From Octopus sinensis (taxonomy: Eukaryota), in contig NC_043010.1 of NCBI RefSeq assembly GCF_006345805.1, forward strand, positions 27,280,001 to 27,344,000: DNA of 64,000 nt. Direction: 5' to 3'. Below are positions 51,420 through 64,000 of this stretch, piece after piece; the first letter of the stretch is position 1, and each line of letters begins with the position of its first letter. The notes under the pieces were generated by a model that was not told where the DNA came from, did no database searches, and worked only from the letters and a program-made list of their open reading frames with translations. The translations under genes were made by a program, and so were the position numbers.

Positions 51420-51900
51420 TTATCTTGAGTCCTGTGTTTTTGACAAGAAAATTTTCCTCACACGCAAGGGATAAGGGTTGAATTGCTTGTCACAAGCTTT
51501 AAAACATCAGTTAAGTATTCCTAAGTAAACAAGGTTGACTTTCACAGGGCTTGTTTGGAGAGCATTTTTTTCTCTACAAAACAGAAATTTGGACCATGAA
51601 GGTGTCTCAAGACATCTTTGAAGCTATGTACAGCAGACTTCTTATCAGGCTCAAAAAAATTTCATGGTTTCAGTATAAGGTCAAAGAAAAGATTTGCGAA
51701 GGTATCCAACTCTATCATTGTTGATCTACTGAGGGCAAGCTTTCCTTGACACTATCAAGCTGGCCATCAGGCCATAGCAGATATATTTTGCCTACTTTCG
51801 TGCCCTGAAAATGGACGAAGACTGCCCAAATACATTGATGTTATTGGAACAGACACAACAGGACAATGAGAATCTACCAAAGCTAAGTGGGAGAGGTAGG
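51420..51900 (+). mobile_element. Decayed RTE-X-like LINE RT C-terminus
   Basis: ESI..LYKTEIWT...EAMYSRLLIRLKKISW resembles LLYGSETWT..LDGxYTRLLR..NISW. Confidence 0.62.
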
Positions 51901-52066
51901 AGTTAATCTTGGTGCAGAGTGGTAACACGAATCTTGTTTGAGGTTGCTTGATTATGTACTTGTATGTGTGTGCATGATACACAAACACGCACACACACAC
52001 ACATACACACCACACACACAACAAACACACACAAACACACGTATGCACACACATATAGAATTATCA

Positions 52067-52231
52067 GAGGGTGATAATTGGTTTCGCACCTATAAAGCAC
52101 TTAGCTGTCTAGCCGACCTGTTAGACTCACTCCAGTTGTAGAGAGGTTGTGTGCCTCTGGCCATTTGAGTCAGACAAATTGCCTACACAGCTAAGTGTTT
52201 TATATGTACAAAACCAATGGTCATCACAATC
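52067..52231. mobile_element. Small MITE-like element with about 40 bp degenerate TIRs
   Basis: ATTGGTTTCGCACCTATAAAGCACTTAGCTGT versus ACAGCTAAGTGTTTTATATGTACAAAACCAAT. Confidence 0.55.
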
Positions 52232-52389
52232 AGCCTTTTAAAAACATATTACTGCTCTAATGTTCAAGAGTCTACTTCATTTGCGATTATCTAAACTACT
52301 GACGATATATATACATGCATGCATACATACATACATACATACATACATACACACATACCACACACATATATATATATATATAGAGAGAG

Positions 52390-52592
<203 letters not shown>

Positions 52593-52614
52593 AGTGATAG
52601 GTATATATATTCTT

Positions 52615-52985
52615 TTATTCTTTTATTTGTTTCAGTCATTTTAGGCCATACTGGAGCACCAGCCTTTAGTTGAACAAAATGAACACGGGACTTATTCTTT
52701 GTAAGCCTAGTACTTATTCTATCGGTCTCTTTTACCGAACCGCTAGTTTACGGGGATGCAAACACACCAGCATCGGTTGTCAAGTGATGGTGATGGTACA
52801 AAGACAAACACATAAACATATACATATATATACGACGGGCTTCTTTCAGTTTCCGTCTACCAAATTCACTGACAAGGCTTTGGTCGGCCCGAGCCTATAG
52901 TAGAAGACACCTGTTCAAGGTGCCACGCAGTGTGACTGAACCCGGAACGATGTGGCTGGTAAACAAGTTACTTAACTCATAGCCA
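52615..52985 (-). mobile_element. SINE family A
   Basis: Matches the consensus. Confidence 0.84.
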
Positions 52986-53380
52986 TATTATTTATATGCA
53001 TATATTTATGTGTGCGTATATATATATTATATATATATAGATATATTATATATATTATAATATATAGATGTATAATGTATATAGGTAATATATATATATA
53101 TAGATGTATATATACATATATATATATATGTAGTATGTATGTATATATATATATATATTATATATATTATATATATATTATATATATATATATAATATAT
53201 AAGTGTATGTGTGTGTGTGTATTTGTGTGCATGAATGTGCATGTATATAGAACTTCACTTGTAACAGACCCGTAAGGGTGCCGCCGTGACACACGGCGTG
53301 TCTTCGCTTTTCAAACATCTAGCTAGCCGTCCATCCATCCATTCATCCATCCATCCATCCGTCCGTCCCTCCGTCCGTCC

Positions 53381-53473
<93 letters not shown>

Positions 53474-53490
53474 CCTACCTACCTACCTAC

Positions 53491-53539
<49 letters not shown>

Positions 53540-54584
53540 AATCTATCTGTCTGTCTCATTCTCATTCTTTCTCTGTCCTGTGTGTATGTGCGTGTGAGTG
53601 TGTATATGTATGTTTGCATGTATGTATGTATATATATATATATACATAGAGAGAGAGAGAGAGGTAGAGAGGAGAGAGAATTTGTATGTATATATTTATG
53701 TATGTATATATAGAGCCCTGTATATATGTATATGTGATTGTGTGTTAGTGTGTGCGCGTACAGGCAAAGTGTTATTGTGAGTTGTGGCGTGGATGCATCA
53801 TATGACGGTGCCGAGGTTTGCTTCGGTGTGGAGGTATGTTGCATAAGTTTGTAGCGCTACCAGGTATTGTGTCTCTATCAGCACGTATGTGACGTCACGT
53901 CTGTCTGTACAGGCAGTCGCGTCAGTGGCGTGTGCACCTATTGCAAACGGCATGCAGCTAGAGAGGTCCGTCTGCACAGCAGAAACCAGCAAGCCTCGTG
54001 TACGGACGTGGTACACATGTCTGTCTTATGTATTTGTCGAGTTCAGCAAAATACGCATAGGTAAACCTTTCTAAAAGGTACACACACACACGCACACATA
54101 CTCACGCTCATACACACAGACACTCACACGCATGCACGCACAAACACATTCGCACACACACACACAAACACTATTACAGTCACACACACTCACACACACA
54201 CGCACACACACTATCACAGACACATACACACACACTCATACACACGCTCACACACTTACACACTCATACACACACGCACTCACACACACATTCACTATCT
54301 ATATGTGTGGATCCGTGGATCCATATGTGTCCTTGTGTGGAGTAAAGTGTGTGCGCATATATGGTCATGTGTTTCAGTCTCCATTTGCGTATGTGTGCTT
54401 GTCTGTTCTTATAACCTATGTACCTATCCGTTTGTATGTTGATCTGTTTATTTTCATACCCATATGCTTACATAAAAAACCATGTGCATACACACACACA
54501 CATACATAGTTATCTACATAAATCTACATAACTATCCACTAACCATTCTACTCTACCTGTGTAAACTGTGGATATGGAGGTATT

Positions 54585-55450
54585 GTATCTTCTATGTATA
54601 TTTCCTATTTAGTATTGGGGAAGTTTCATTTATAAGGACGTACTCCCGTATTTGTGTGAGTGTTGGGTATTTTGGGTGCTTGGATAAGATGCGGATGTGA
54701 AGTTGACCCAAGTTGCCTCCATGGTGGTCTTTGGCATGTTGGTAGAGTATGGAGGACTGTTTTTTGTCGTCATATTGTCTCAGATGTTCATTTAGTCTTT
54801 CCGCAATGCTCCTATATGTCTCCCCTAGGTACATCATGTTCATGTCTTTACAAGCACCTTCTATACATCTTATGCTGTAAACTACATTTCGAGTTCTACA
54901 GTTAATGCCAGGGATAATCCTACATACCATGCAGTTATCATTGGTGCATATGGTATTCTCAAAGGGGTACGTCCTACATAGTTGTGATCTGACGGAGTTC
55001 CTGGCTTTTCAACAAACTTAATGTTGCTGAGTTTGGTCTCCTTCAGAGCTTTTCTAAATCTACGGGCTAGTTCTCCATGGGCTGTGGCCTCTACAAACAT
55101 CACTCCTTGATATTTATCGGTTTTATACCACGTGTTTGCCCTGCTTGCTTCGACCGCGAGTCCGATGCTCTAACCACTTGGCCGTCTGCCTCCACTTCTT
55201 TTGATATAGTTCTCTGTTTTTATTGTCGATTTCTCTCTTCTTCTCTATGAAAATCATCAAATATTTTTCTATTTCATTCTGCGTATCTTAGGTGCGTGCA
55301 GCATTTTGCTTCTATGTTGCGTTTTCTACTGTATTCAGCGTACCCTTTCTGTACGGGGTATAGTCATTATATTATCCGTATGTTATCAATATGTAATTGT
55401 CATGATGTTTTTATTATATATTTCTCCCTATTTTTAAACCATTGTCAAGA
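54585..55450 (-). mobile_element. Penelope-like element fragment (Neptune-like linker + GIY-YIG), interrupted by a SINE head fragment at about 55145-55193
   Basis: WYK..VMFVEAT.HGELA..FRK, C.VC..NCRTRNVVYSIRC..MYLGETYRSIAERLNEH..SILYQH..IREYVLI..P.LNRK. Confidence 0.85.
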
Positions 55451-57160
55451 CATCAATTATTACAGACAAGGCTTCTATTTTTAATCCTTGTTATCTCTAT
55501 TTCTTTATCTATAAATCTGAAAGATCTCAAAACAGACCTTTCTATTTCCACACCTTCATACAGTAATAATTTCACCAAATATTTTTAAAGATTAATTATC
55601 GTCTGACAAATTGCGATTAATACTTCGAACAGATGTATCAGAGACCAGATTAAAATCCATGCATCACTGCAATACAATATTTACAACTCACCAAAGTGCT
55701 TGACCAGGATTTAGTGTTTACAACAAGACATCGCTAAAACTGTAGCATCAAATTATAAATGAATTCATCGAAAAAAAAAACTTTCAACATAAAATATGAG
55801 ACATATAACCCACACATTCGAGATTTGCGTGTATGCGCGCGCATATATGTGTGTATATACGCTGCGTTCTGTATGTATATTTGCCTGTTAGAACCAATGT
55901 ATTACTTGGAATATCTAATGGGTTTCAAATAATTTCTTTTTAGAAATAATGGAGAAAGTGGCGTTGAGATGAAGTTATTGATTGAAAAAATATTTGTACA
56001 CACCTACGCATGCGTTATGTATATGCCTACCTCTCTAACTTTCTCTCCCCCCTCTCTCTCTCTCTCACTCTCTCTGTTTCTGTCTCTCTCCCTCTCTCTC
56101 CTTCTCCCTCGCGCTCTTTCTCTCTCCCTCTCTCTTACATATATAAGTATATACAAATATACTCATATACATACACTCACACATATATACATACATACAT
56201 GCATACATGCATACATACATACATACATACCTGCACATACATACACACATATACACACGCACACATACATGCACACATACATACATGCATATGTACGTAC
56301 GTACGTTTGTATAGCGACCACAACTGGTCCAACACCCCAGAAATATAATGGTTTATATCACTTAACTATTCCTACTTAAAATACTTCATTATATACTATT
56401 TTGCGTCTGTGTATACATACATTACATACATGCAGACATATATTATGTATGTCTATATTATATAATATATTATATATATATATATATATATATTAATATT
56501 ATATATATATATAATATATATATATATACATATACATAATATTATACATATATATTCTATATATAATATATATATATATATACTTATATATATATATATA
56601 CAGAGAGAGAGAATACACAGACAGACATGCATTACACTCACACACACACACATGTATATATACACTTCGTTTTTGTATCTAATTTATAAGATTCTTGATG
56701 TGTGGGGGATTGGGGTGCAGAATTATACTTCATGCGTTGGTGTACATTCGGACATGTAAAGATCTTTGCTGCAGAAACTGCCTCGAGAGACAAAACACTT
56801 CTTATTGACAATATATCTGGAAACACATCGCTGGGCTATGAGTGAAGTGGTCGGACAGAGGGATCGACGCGTTTGTATGTCGTTAGGATCCATCAGCCAC
56901 CGAACATCGTTCATAGCTCAGCGAGTGTTTTTTAGTAAGATTCGAACGATGGATTCGGCATCCATAACTGAAAAAAATAAGCATTAGGTTTGATTTGTTC
57001 GACTGGGGATGATTTGTTCAAGGTGATTGAATCATATAAAAGACAAAAGAACTTGTATGAGGGTGAAATGTATGGATACCTATCTCTTATATTTTATTTA
57101 ATGCCGTTATTGGAGTGGTGGTCATGTTGGGACGCAACCTTGAACGGTTTAACCGAATAA

Positions 57161-57390
57161 GGCGACGAGCTGGCAGAAACGTTAGCACGCCGGGCAAAAT
57201 GCTTTGCGGTATTTCGTCTGCGTTACGTTGTGAGTTCAAATTCCGCCGAGGTCGACTTTGCCTTTCATCCTTTCGGGGTCGATAAATTAAATACCAGTTA
57301 CGCACTGGGGTCGATGTAATCGACTTAATACCTATGTCTGTCCTTGTTTGTTCCCTCTGTGTTTAGCCCCTTGTGGGTAATAAAGAAATA
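57161..57390 (+). mobile_element. Complete family B monomer (tail 1) with a 15 bp TSD
   Basis: GGTTTAACCGAATAA at 57146-57160 and 57391-57405. Confidence 0.92.
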
Positions 57391-57624
57391 GGTTTAACCG
57401 AATAAATAGGCTCCAGTAGTTATTTAAAACCTGGTATTTATTTCATCGGTGTCTTTTGCTGAGTTGTTAAATTACGAGGACATAAACAAACACACAAACA
57501 CTCACACATACGTATGTATGTATGTATGTATGTATGTATGTATGTATGTATGTATGTATGTATGTATGTATTATGTATGTATGTATGTATATACAAACAT
57601 ATATAGTTCAAATTTATAGAAAAA

Positions 57625-57770
57625 CAAAAACGAAGACAGGTGTGGGAACAACAAGCAGGTGTATTAGTTTAACGCTCTTCGACAGAAAGGGTTAGGAAAA
57701 AAAGAGAGAGAATGAAAAAAAGCGGAGAGAAAAAATTGTGTAGAGTTCAGCGGTCCAACATGGCGAGATA
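57625..57770 (-). mobile_element. Hammerhead family 2 repeat, internally deleted
   Basis: CCUUU-CUGUCGA-A-GAGCGU joined directly to UAAACUAAUACA; deletion between two GAGCGT repeats. Confidence 0.6.
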
Positions 57771-57939
57771 TATACGACAGGCTTGTTTGAACTTTCCACT
57801 GCTAACACCACTTGCAAGGACTGAACCCAAGACTATGTTGTTGAGAAGCAATCTAAATAACCTTATAGCAATGGTAACAAAACCCAACATTAATTTAACT
57901 TAAAAAAAAATTCTCGAAAATCAATGGAAGTTTGTGTCA

Positions 57940-58255
57940 GTATTTAGTCGGCCCTTCTTCGGCTAAGAGGCTTTCAGCCGATGAGTCATGGATTTGATTA
58001 AATTATCGATGAAAATCTGATCCATGTTTATCCACTCTACGGTCAAGAGCTTGTTTCAAATTTGTAATTAATGTACTTTTCGACCAACTTGTTCGTGACA
58101 TTCTATCGGGATGGTTTCATATATGTTGCTACGGATTAAAATCGGAATTTTGAGCAACACATTTCAAAGATTCGATACTTCTGTGAATTCTTTTTCATTT
58201 GACTTCCATTCCCATGCAAGAAGATTGATCTACTTTTCAATTGGAAAACATGGGT
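57940..58255 (-). mobile_element. Decayed Tc1 transposase C-terminus
   Basis: AQNSDFNP.QHI.NH.DR, LKQAL..EW.NM..IDNLIKSM..RLKA..GPTKY*. Confidence 0.7.
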
Positions 58256-58270
58256 AAAACTCCTTTCAAG

Positions 58271-58465
58271 TACCATATTATCCGGCGTACAAGTCAAGAT
58301 TTACACCCAAAACAAAGTAGATTGACATATACTCCTAGACTCTGGAGGACCAAAACTTTTAAGTGAAGCGCAGCAGGATTTGTAAAGATAGTGACGACAC
58401 TTGCATGTTTAAACTATAGATTTATACCATATAGTACACCGTCATATATGCCAGAGGATACAGTA
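58271..58465. mobile_element. Tc2/pogo-like MITE, diverged
   Basis: TA-CCATATTATCCGGCGTACAAGTC versus GTCATATATGCCAGAGGATACAG-TA; 14 of 23 positions match. Confidence 0.4.
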
Positions 58466-58581
58466 ATTGACAGTAATTAATATTATTTAAATGACTTTGA
58501 AGAAAAAATGAGCTCCGATATGCCTATTGCCGAAAATGCACCTCTTTGCTATTCACTCAACTTTCTCCATAATTGACTGTT

Positions 58582-58624
58582 CCTTGTAAACAATTCGGCT
58601 TCCATTCTTCACTTTTTCTGCGCC

Positions 58625-58657
<33 letters not shown>

Positions 58658-58822
58658 ATGTATATGAAGGCGCATACCTTGTAAACAATTCGGCTTCCAT
58701 TCTTCACTTTCTGCGCCATATATATATATATTATTATTATATATTATAATATATATATATATATAATGTATATTGAAGGCGCATACCTGTAAACAATTCG
58801 GCTTCCATTCTCACTTTTCTGC

Positions 58823-58866
<44 letters not shown>

Positions 58867-58885
58867 ATATATTATTATATATATA

Positions 58886-58932
<47 letters not shown>

Positions 58933-58980
58933 ATATATATATATAATATATATATATGTATATTGAAGGCGCCATACCTT
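58582..58980 (+). repeat. Tandem triplication of a short unit containing (TA)n
   Basis: CCTTGTAAACAATTCGGCTTCCATTC...GAAGGCGCATA occurs three times. Confidence 0.92.
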
Positions 58981-59084
58981 AGTGGTAGGTGATGCACATA
59001 AGTCACGACGGGAGAGCCATTATATGTTTATATATATATATATTATATATATAGTATATATATATAATATATAGCAATGGTAAC

Positions 59085-59225
59085 AAATAGATCGTTAGCC
59101 ACTACATACATTTTTTTTTCTCTCCTTGTTTTTTCTGTGTCCCTTTTTCTATTCCTGAGCGTTATACTAATACATCTATTGTTTTGTACCCACCTGTCTT
59201 TCGTCTTTTGTTTTTTTTTTTTCGA
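59085..59225 (+). mobile_element. Hammerhead family 2 repeat fragment lacking the core
   Basis: GATCGTTAGCCACTACA and CTGAGCGTTATACTAATACATCT..CACCTGTCTT. Confidence 0.55.
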
Positions 59226-59289
59226 AACTCTCCCTATGTATATATATATATATATATATAAAATTTAGATACGTAGATATGTTTCGACC

Positions 59290-59820
59290 AAAAATTGGTC
59301 CATGGTCCAAGCCATGTCTAACTAATAGCACCACATGATAGGATTATCGGAATCCTGTTTAAGTCAAGTTTTGGTTTTATGTCCATTCAAGTAGGAGTTT
59401 TTGTTGGGTAAGTTGCATCCAATTTGGGTGGCGTATCTGGTATCCTTGAAGGAATCTATCCAGACTCCGTTAAAGTTGATGGGATCCTTTCCTCTTTGCT
59501 CTCTTCGGGACCATGTTAAATAGGGCAGGGCATGTTGAGAAAGAAATTATGTTGCAGTGTACCTGTTGGTGATCTTGAAATGGCCCGTGGTCCAGTCTTG
59601 GATGAACCTGAAGCTAATGTTCAGGTCGTTGGGCAAAGTTGGCGGTATATTCTCCACATCGTACAAATGATGTACCGCTCACGGCGACGCTGGAGAGAGT
59701 AGAGTTTTCAAGGCTTTAAGGCGGTCCCAATAATCGAGAGCAGCCATGCCTTCAATTCGTTTAGTGAGTGCCCTCTGGGGTGATTCAATTCTCGACATGT
59801 TTGTCTTGTATGAGGAGACC
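59290..59820 (-). mobile_element. 3' end of a CR1-clade LINE
   Basis: WSP..IESPQRALTKRIEGM..LDYWDRLKALK.LYSLQRRRERYII..MWRI..SLDRFL across frameshifts. Confidence 0.82.
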
Positions 59821-59909
59821 ACACACACACACACACACCCACACACACACACACCACACACACACACACACACACTATATATAGTATATATATATATATA
59901 TATATATAT

Positions 59910-60144
59910 AAAGAAACCCGTCGAATATATATATGTGTGTGTGTTTGTCCCCCATCACCACTTGACAACGGGTGGTGGTGTGTTTACATCCCCGTAACTT
60001 AGCGGTTCGGCAAATGAGGCCCAAAAGCGTAAATATCACGCTTAAAACTTAAGTACTGGGATCAGTTAATTCGACTAAAAGAAAATCAAGGTGGTGCCCC
60101 AGCATGACCGCATTCTAATGACTGAAACAAGTAAGAGGTAAAAG

Positions 60145-60177
<33 letters not shown>

Positions 60178-60267
60178 CACACACACACATACACACCCAC
60201 ACTCTCTTCTCCCTCACACACACATAAATATGTGGTGTGTGAGAGAGAGAGAGAGGTGGTGTGTATG

Positions 60268-60306
<39 letters not shown>

Positions 60307-60518
60307 AACCTTTACTTGTTTCAGTCATTAGAATGCGGCCATGATGAAGCACCGCTTTGAATTTTTTTATTCGAATTAACTGATCCCAGTACTTAAGTTT
60401 TAAGCGTGATATTTACGCTTTTGGGCTTCAATGGCCAAACCGCTAGATACGGGGACGTAAACACACCAACACCCCTTGTCAAGTGGTGATGGGGGACAAA
60501 CACACACACACACACACG

Positions 60519-60563
<45 letters not shown>

Positions 60564-60584
60564 ATATATTCGACGGGTTTCTTT
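59910..60584. repeat. Approximately 675 bp imperfect palindrome centred near 60226
   Basis: The arms share private variants (CCCAAAAGCGTAAATATCACGCTTAAAACTTAAGTACTGGGATCAGTTAATTCGA) absent from other family A copies. Confidence 0.9.
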
Positions 60585-60720
60585 CTACCACTCACAAGGC
60601 TTTAGTCGGATCGAGGCTATAGTAAAATACACTTGTCCAAGATGTCACGCAGTGGGACTGAACTCGGAACCACGTGGTTAGGAAACAAGCTTCTTACCAC
60701 ACAACCACACCTGCGCCTAT
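60305..60720 (-). mobile_element. SINE family A, full-length donor of the palindrome
   Basis: Head at about 60720; tail at about 60305. Confidence 0.82.
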
Positions 60721-60830
60721 ATGGAGAAAAGATGTATATTCCCACACAGGAAAGAATATTGGAGAGTTGGCTTTGGGACTTGAAAATGCTCCTGAGTCTT
60801 AAAACATGATCTTTATATATGTATGTGTAT

Positions 60831-60861
<31 letters not shown>

Positions 60862-61999
60862 ATATTATATATATATTATATATATATATATTCCAGAAAT
60901 AGACGTCTATTTCTTGAAAAGGGCTCATAGCCCCGAAATATTGAATACAAGGTAAGTCTACATTAATTCCTATATTTGTTTTCTTGTGATTTGCCTTGCT
61001 TTTACTTCGCATTGTTCTGGCCTTACGCACGATCCTTCTTACAATATACTCTACACAATGCTTCATAAAAATTATTCCATAATAGAATATATATATATAT
61101 ATGCATACATATACATATATATATATACACACATACATATATACATACATATACATATATATATATACACACATACATATATACATACATACACACACAC
61201 AAACACACACACACACACAAACATATGCTCACACGCACACGCACACATTCATATATAAGACTTAACTGAGAAACTTATCATCAGTTCGGTATTGGTAAAC
61301 AGTCGGTTCAGACTTCCCCTTGTCGTAAAGGGGAGACAATGCAGTGATCGTAATATTTTGGGTTGTATTACTGAATCACACCATGTACTCATCAATTATC
61401 AACCATTTTTCTTCGCAGCGCCTCTATGACAACAGACCATCCGCTACCACCTTGAAGAAAACGGACCAGTTAATCTCAGAGACACTTGAGATGCAATTCC
61501 AGCATCGTTCACCGCAAATGCAATTATGGATTGACCTTTTATCGAGGTCAGTATATCGCTAGATCAATGCCCACAGCTCGCTAAATCTTATATCCTTTAA
61601 AAGAGTGTTATGCAAATCACAAATCCATTTTCATAATCAGAAAGAAGAAAAAAAGGGAGAACACATTGTCCCTGTCCGTCTACGTTACAGCAGCAACTGC
61701 AAAATAAATAAGTGAATGAATAAAAGAAAAGAAAAGAAAAATTAATTTGCACTAATTCGAAAATGTCACGGTCTGTTTAAGCCTGTTGCGACGATTGCAT
61801 TAGCGGAAGACACTTCTGCAATCCCTATTGTACTAAAAAGATAATTTTAAAAAATGAGAAAAAAAAAATTAATTCCAAATATTTTTTTAAAACAATTATT
61901 GATATTCTAAGCAGAAAATTCGAATTAATATTCAGATATCGCTATGTGAATAAATTTAACTTTTTAATTAAAAGTAGAGAGAGAGGGGGTGAGATGGAG

Positions 62000-62100
62000 A
62001 GAAGAAGAAGAAGAAGAAAAGAAGAAGAAGAAGAAGAAGAAGAAGAAGAAGAAGAAGAAGAAGAAGAAGAAAAGACGAAGAAGACGAAGAAGAAGAAGAT
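62000..62100 (+). repeat. (GAA)n microsatellite
   Basis: Direct reading. Confidence 0.95.
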
Positions 62101-63366
62101 CTTCGAACCAGATAATTAGCCAGATATAAATTTCCTTCACACCGGAAGTGTAGCCATCAATTCCTCACAAACTGAACAAAGCCAACCTGACGCCTGCGCA
62201 ACAAGTTGTTCATTTCTTTCTGTGTCATTCGAACGCTATGCTTGTTTCTCCACCACTTAATTTCATCTGAGGAATGCCTCTGTGTATGAAACTCTGAGTA
62301 AAGGCCTGACGGTAAAATGCGCGATATATTTACTGCGTTCGTTGTGGTTACGTTTGGAAAGTTATTTTGTAAATGGAAATAAACATTCAGCAAATAGAAA
62401 TAAACTCAGAGACGATATGTAAGTGGGTTAGAGAGTTTGTGTGCGTGTGTGTGTGGTGTCTTTGTGTGTGTATTTGAGCGAACGTGTATGTATATGTGTG
62501 TTTGTTTGTGTGCATATGTTTTTTTCTGGGTGTGTATGCGAGAATATGGGTGCGTGCGTGTGCGTGTATCTGTTTGTGCATGTGTGTTTGTATGTGTATG
62601 TGTTAGTGTGTTTGAGAGAGTGAGCGTTAGTGTAGGTTTATGTGTATGCGGGATTGTGTGCGTGGACACGAGTACGGATATGAATGTGTGCGCGTATGTG
62701 CGTGGACACACACACACACACACACATTCACACGCAGATGTCATTCTTGTCTTTATCAATTGTTTAATTTCCATTGGGACAGTTATATTCGCAGAGTCAG
62801 TTTGTAAGGACGGCGACGATGAAGTTGACAAGGACGACGACGGGGGAAGACAACTCCGACGACGATGAGGGACGATCACAATATTGACGATGTCTGCGAC
62901 AGCGATGATGATGATGATGATGATGACGACGACGACGAGGATGCGATGGTGGCGGCGACGACGACGATGATTACTATGCGAAGATAATGATTATCTTCTC
63001 AAGACAAACCCAAAATTAGAAGCAAACAAACAAACAACAACAGCAATAGCAAAATAACCATTACAATTGATCCCTATAGATTTGGGTTGAGGTAGGAGAC
63101 ATCACTTTCACTCGAAACAGTCCCCTTTTCATACATTATGATATGCCCTCTGACAAATCGGTCAAAATCAAAACGCATAGCGCATACCTGCCACAAACGG
63201 CACAACCGCCACCCTCCATTTTTACCCCCGGTTTTCAGTCAACGTTAAATTGGTGAACCACATCCTTCGTTTTCATCAGAAACTTCTTTTACCTAGGGCT
63301 GCCCATACATTACAATGTTTAGCAGGGTTCGCTCATACTTTACCATATTTTGTTGGAAAAAACAAC

Positions 63367-63517
63367 ATTGCAATGTTATTATCAATCCGAATAAGTTTGA
63401 TGCACTTTCGAACTGGGGAACAAGCTACGCACTGCGTTTTGTCAGGGAGAATATATCTCGCTTGTAGACAGTTCGAACGTGCATCAAGCATATTCGAGCT
63501 GATAATAACATTGCAAT
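63367..63517. repeat. Fold-back element with 49 bp arms (6 mismatches) and a 53 bp spacer
   Basis: 63367-63415 versus 63469-63517. Confidence 0.88.
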
Positions 63518-63807
63518 TTTACTTATCACTGCTTAGCGTTCCTCCTTCGTTATTTATTTATGCTGAGTCGCCGTATAGCGCAACCCAGTCACCGTACGAT
63601 GACTAGAAAATGTTTGGCCTTGTGCTTGCGTTAGAAACTATATTTATTATAAATTAAACTGGTAGATTCGTTAAAAAGTCAGAGGAAATGCTTTCAGACA
63701 CATGCATATACACACATTGTTTACACCAAATTTTCAAATCTGCTTCTTTCTCTCCTTGTTTCTCCTGCTCAAGGCGGTGAGCTGGCAGAATCGTCAGTGA
63801 ATGAGAG

Positions 63808-64000
63808 TGAACGCGTGGTTTAGTGGTTAGCATACTCGGCTCACGATTTTTAGGTCGTGTGTTCGATTCTCGGTTTTGCGTTGTGTCGCTTTATTTCACC
63901 TTGCTTTAGTCCACTCAACTGTCAATAATGAGCTGTACCTGTATTTCAAAGGGCCGGCCTTGTCACATTGTGTCCTGTTGACTCCCACTGAGGACTACGT
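63808..64000 (+). mobile_element. SINE family C, runs off the window end
   Basis: GAACGCGTGGTTTAGTGGTTAG head, GTTCGATTC, AGTCCACTCAACTG, GTATTTCAAAGGGCCGGCCTTGTCAC. Confidence 0.82.

Noticed and set aside
62780-62990. Asp-rich acidic reading frame
   Set aside because: Needs three frameshifts; a GAC/GAT cryptic simple repeat.
63250-63606. 118 aa ORF
   Set aside because: Non-ATG start, overlaps a fold-back element, no domain recognised.

Overview
Repeat-saturated, AT-rich animal DNA, intergenic or deep intronic. The tRNA-derived SINE families and extreme microsatellite load suggest a coleoid cephalopod, probably Octopus; this is inferred from recalled repeat families, not from a search. No host protein-coding gene can be supported. 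Most ORFs in the track are microsatellite artefacts, and the few protein-like ones are decayed transposons: R4/Dong, RTE, RTE-X, CR1, Penelope-like elements (PLEs), Tc1/mariner and pogo. About 45 SINE copies fall into three families: A (CORE-like with an internal microsatellite), B (Nin/Deu-like domain) and C (RTE-like tail). The main signal is a set of five to six unrelated short repeats, each carrying a minimal type I hammerhead-ribozyme motif of the kind known from PLE pseudo-LTRs. One motif has an intact core (48096-48136). One family has a fixed non-canonical core (CUGUNGA). One family joins a tRNA-derived Pol III head to the hammerhead and has a 5' inverted duplication at both loci (7707-7942, 27785-28056). 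Several fold-back and tandem duplications are also present; some may be long-read assembly artefacts. SINE and remnant boundaries are approximate (about 10-30 bp).
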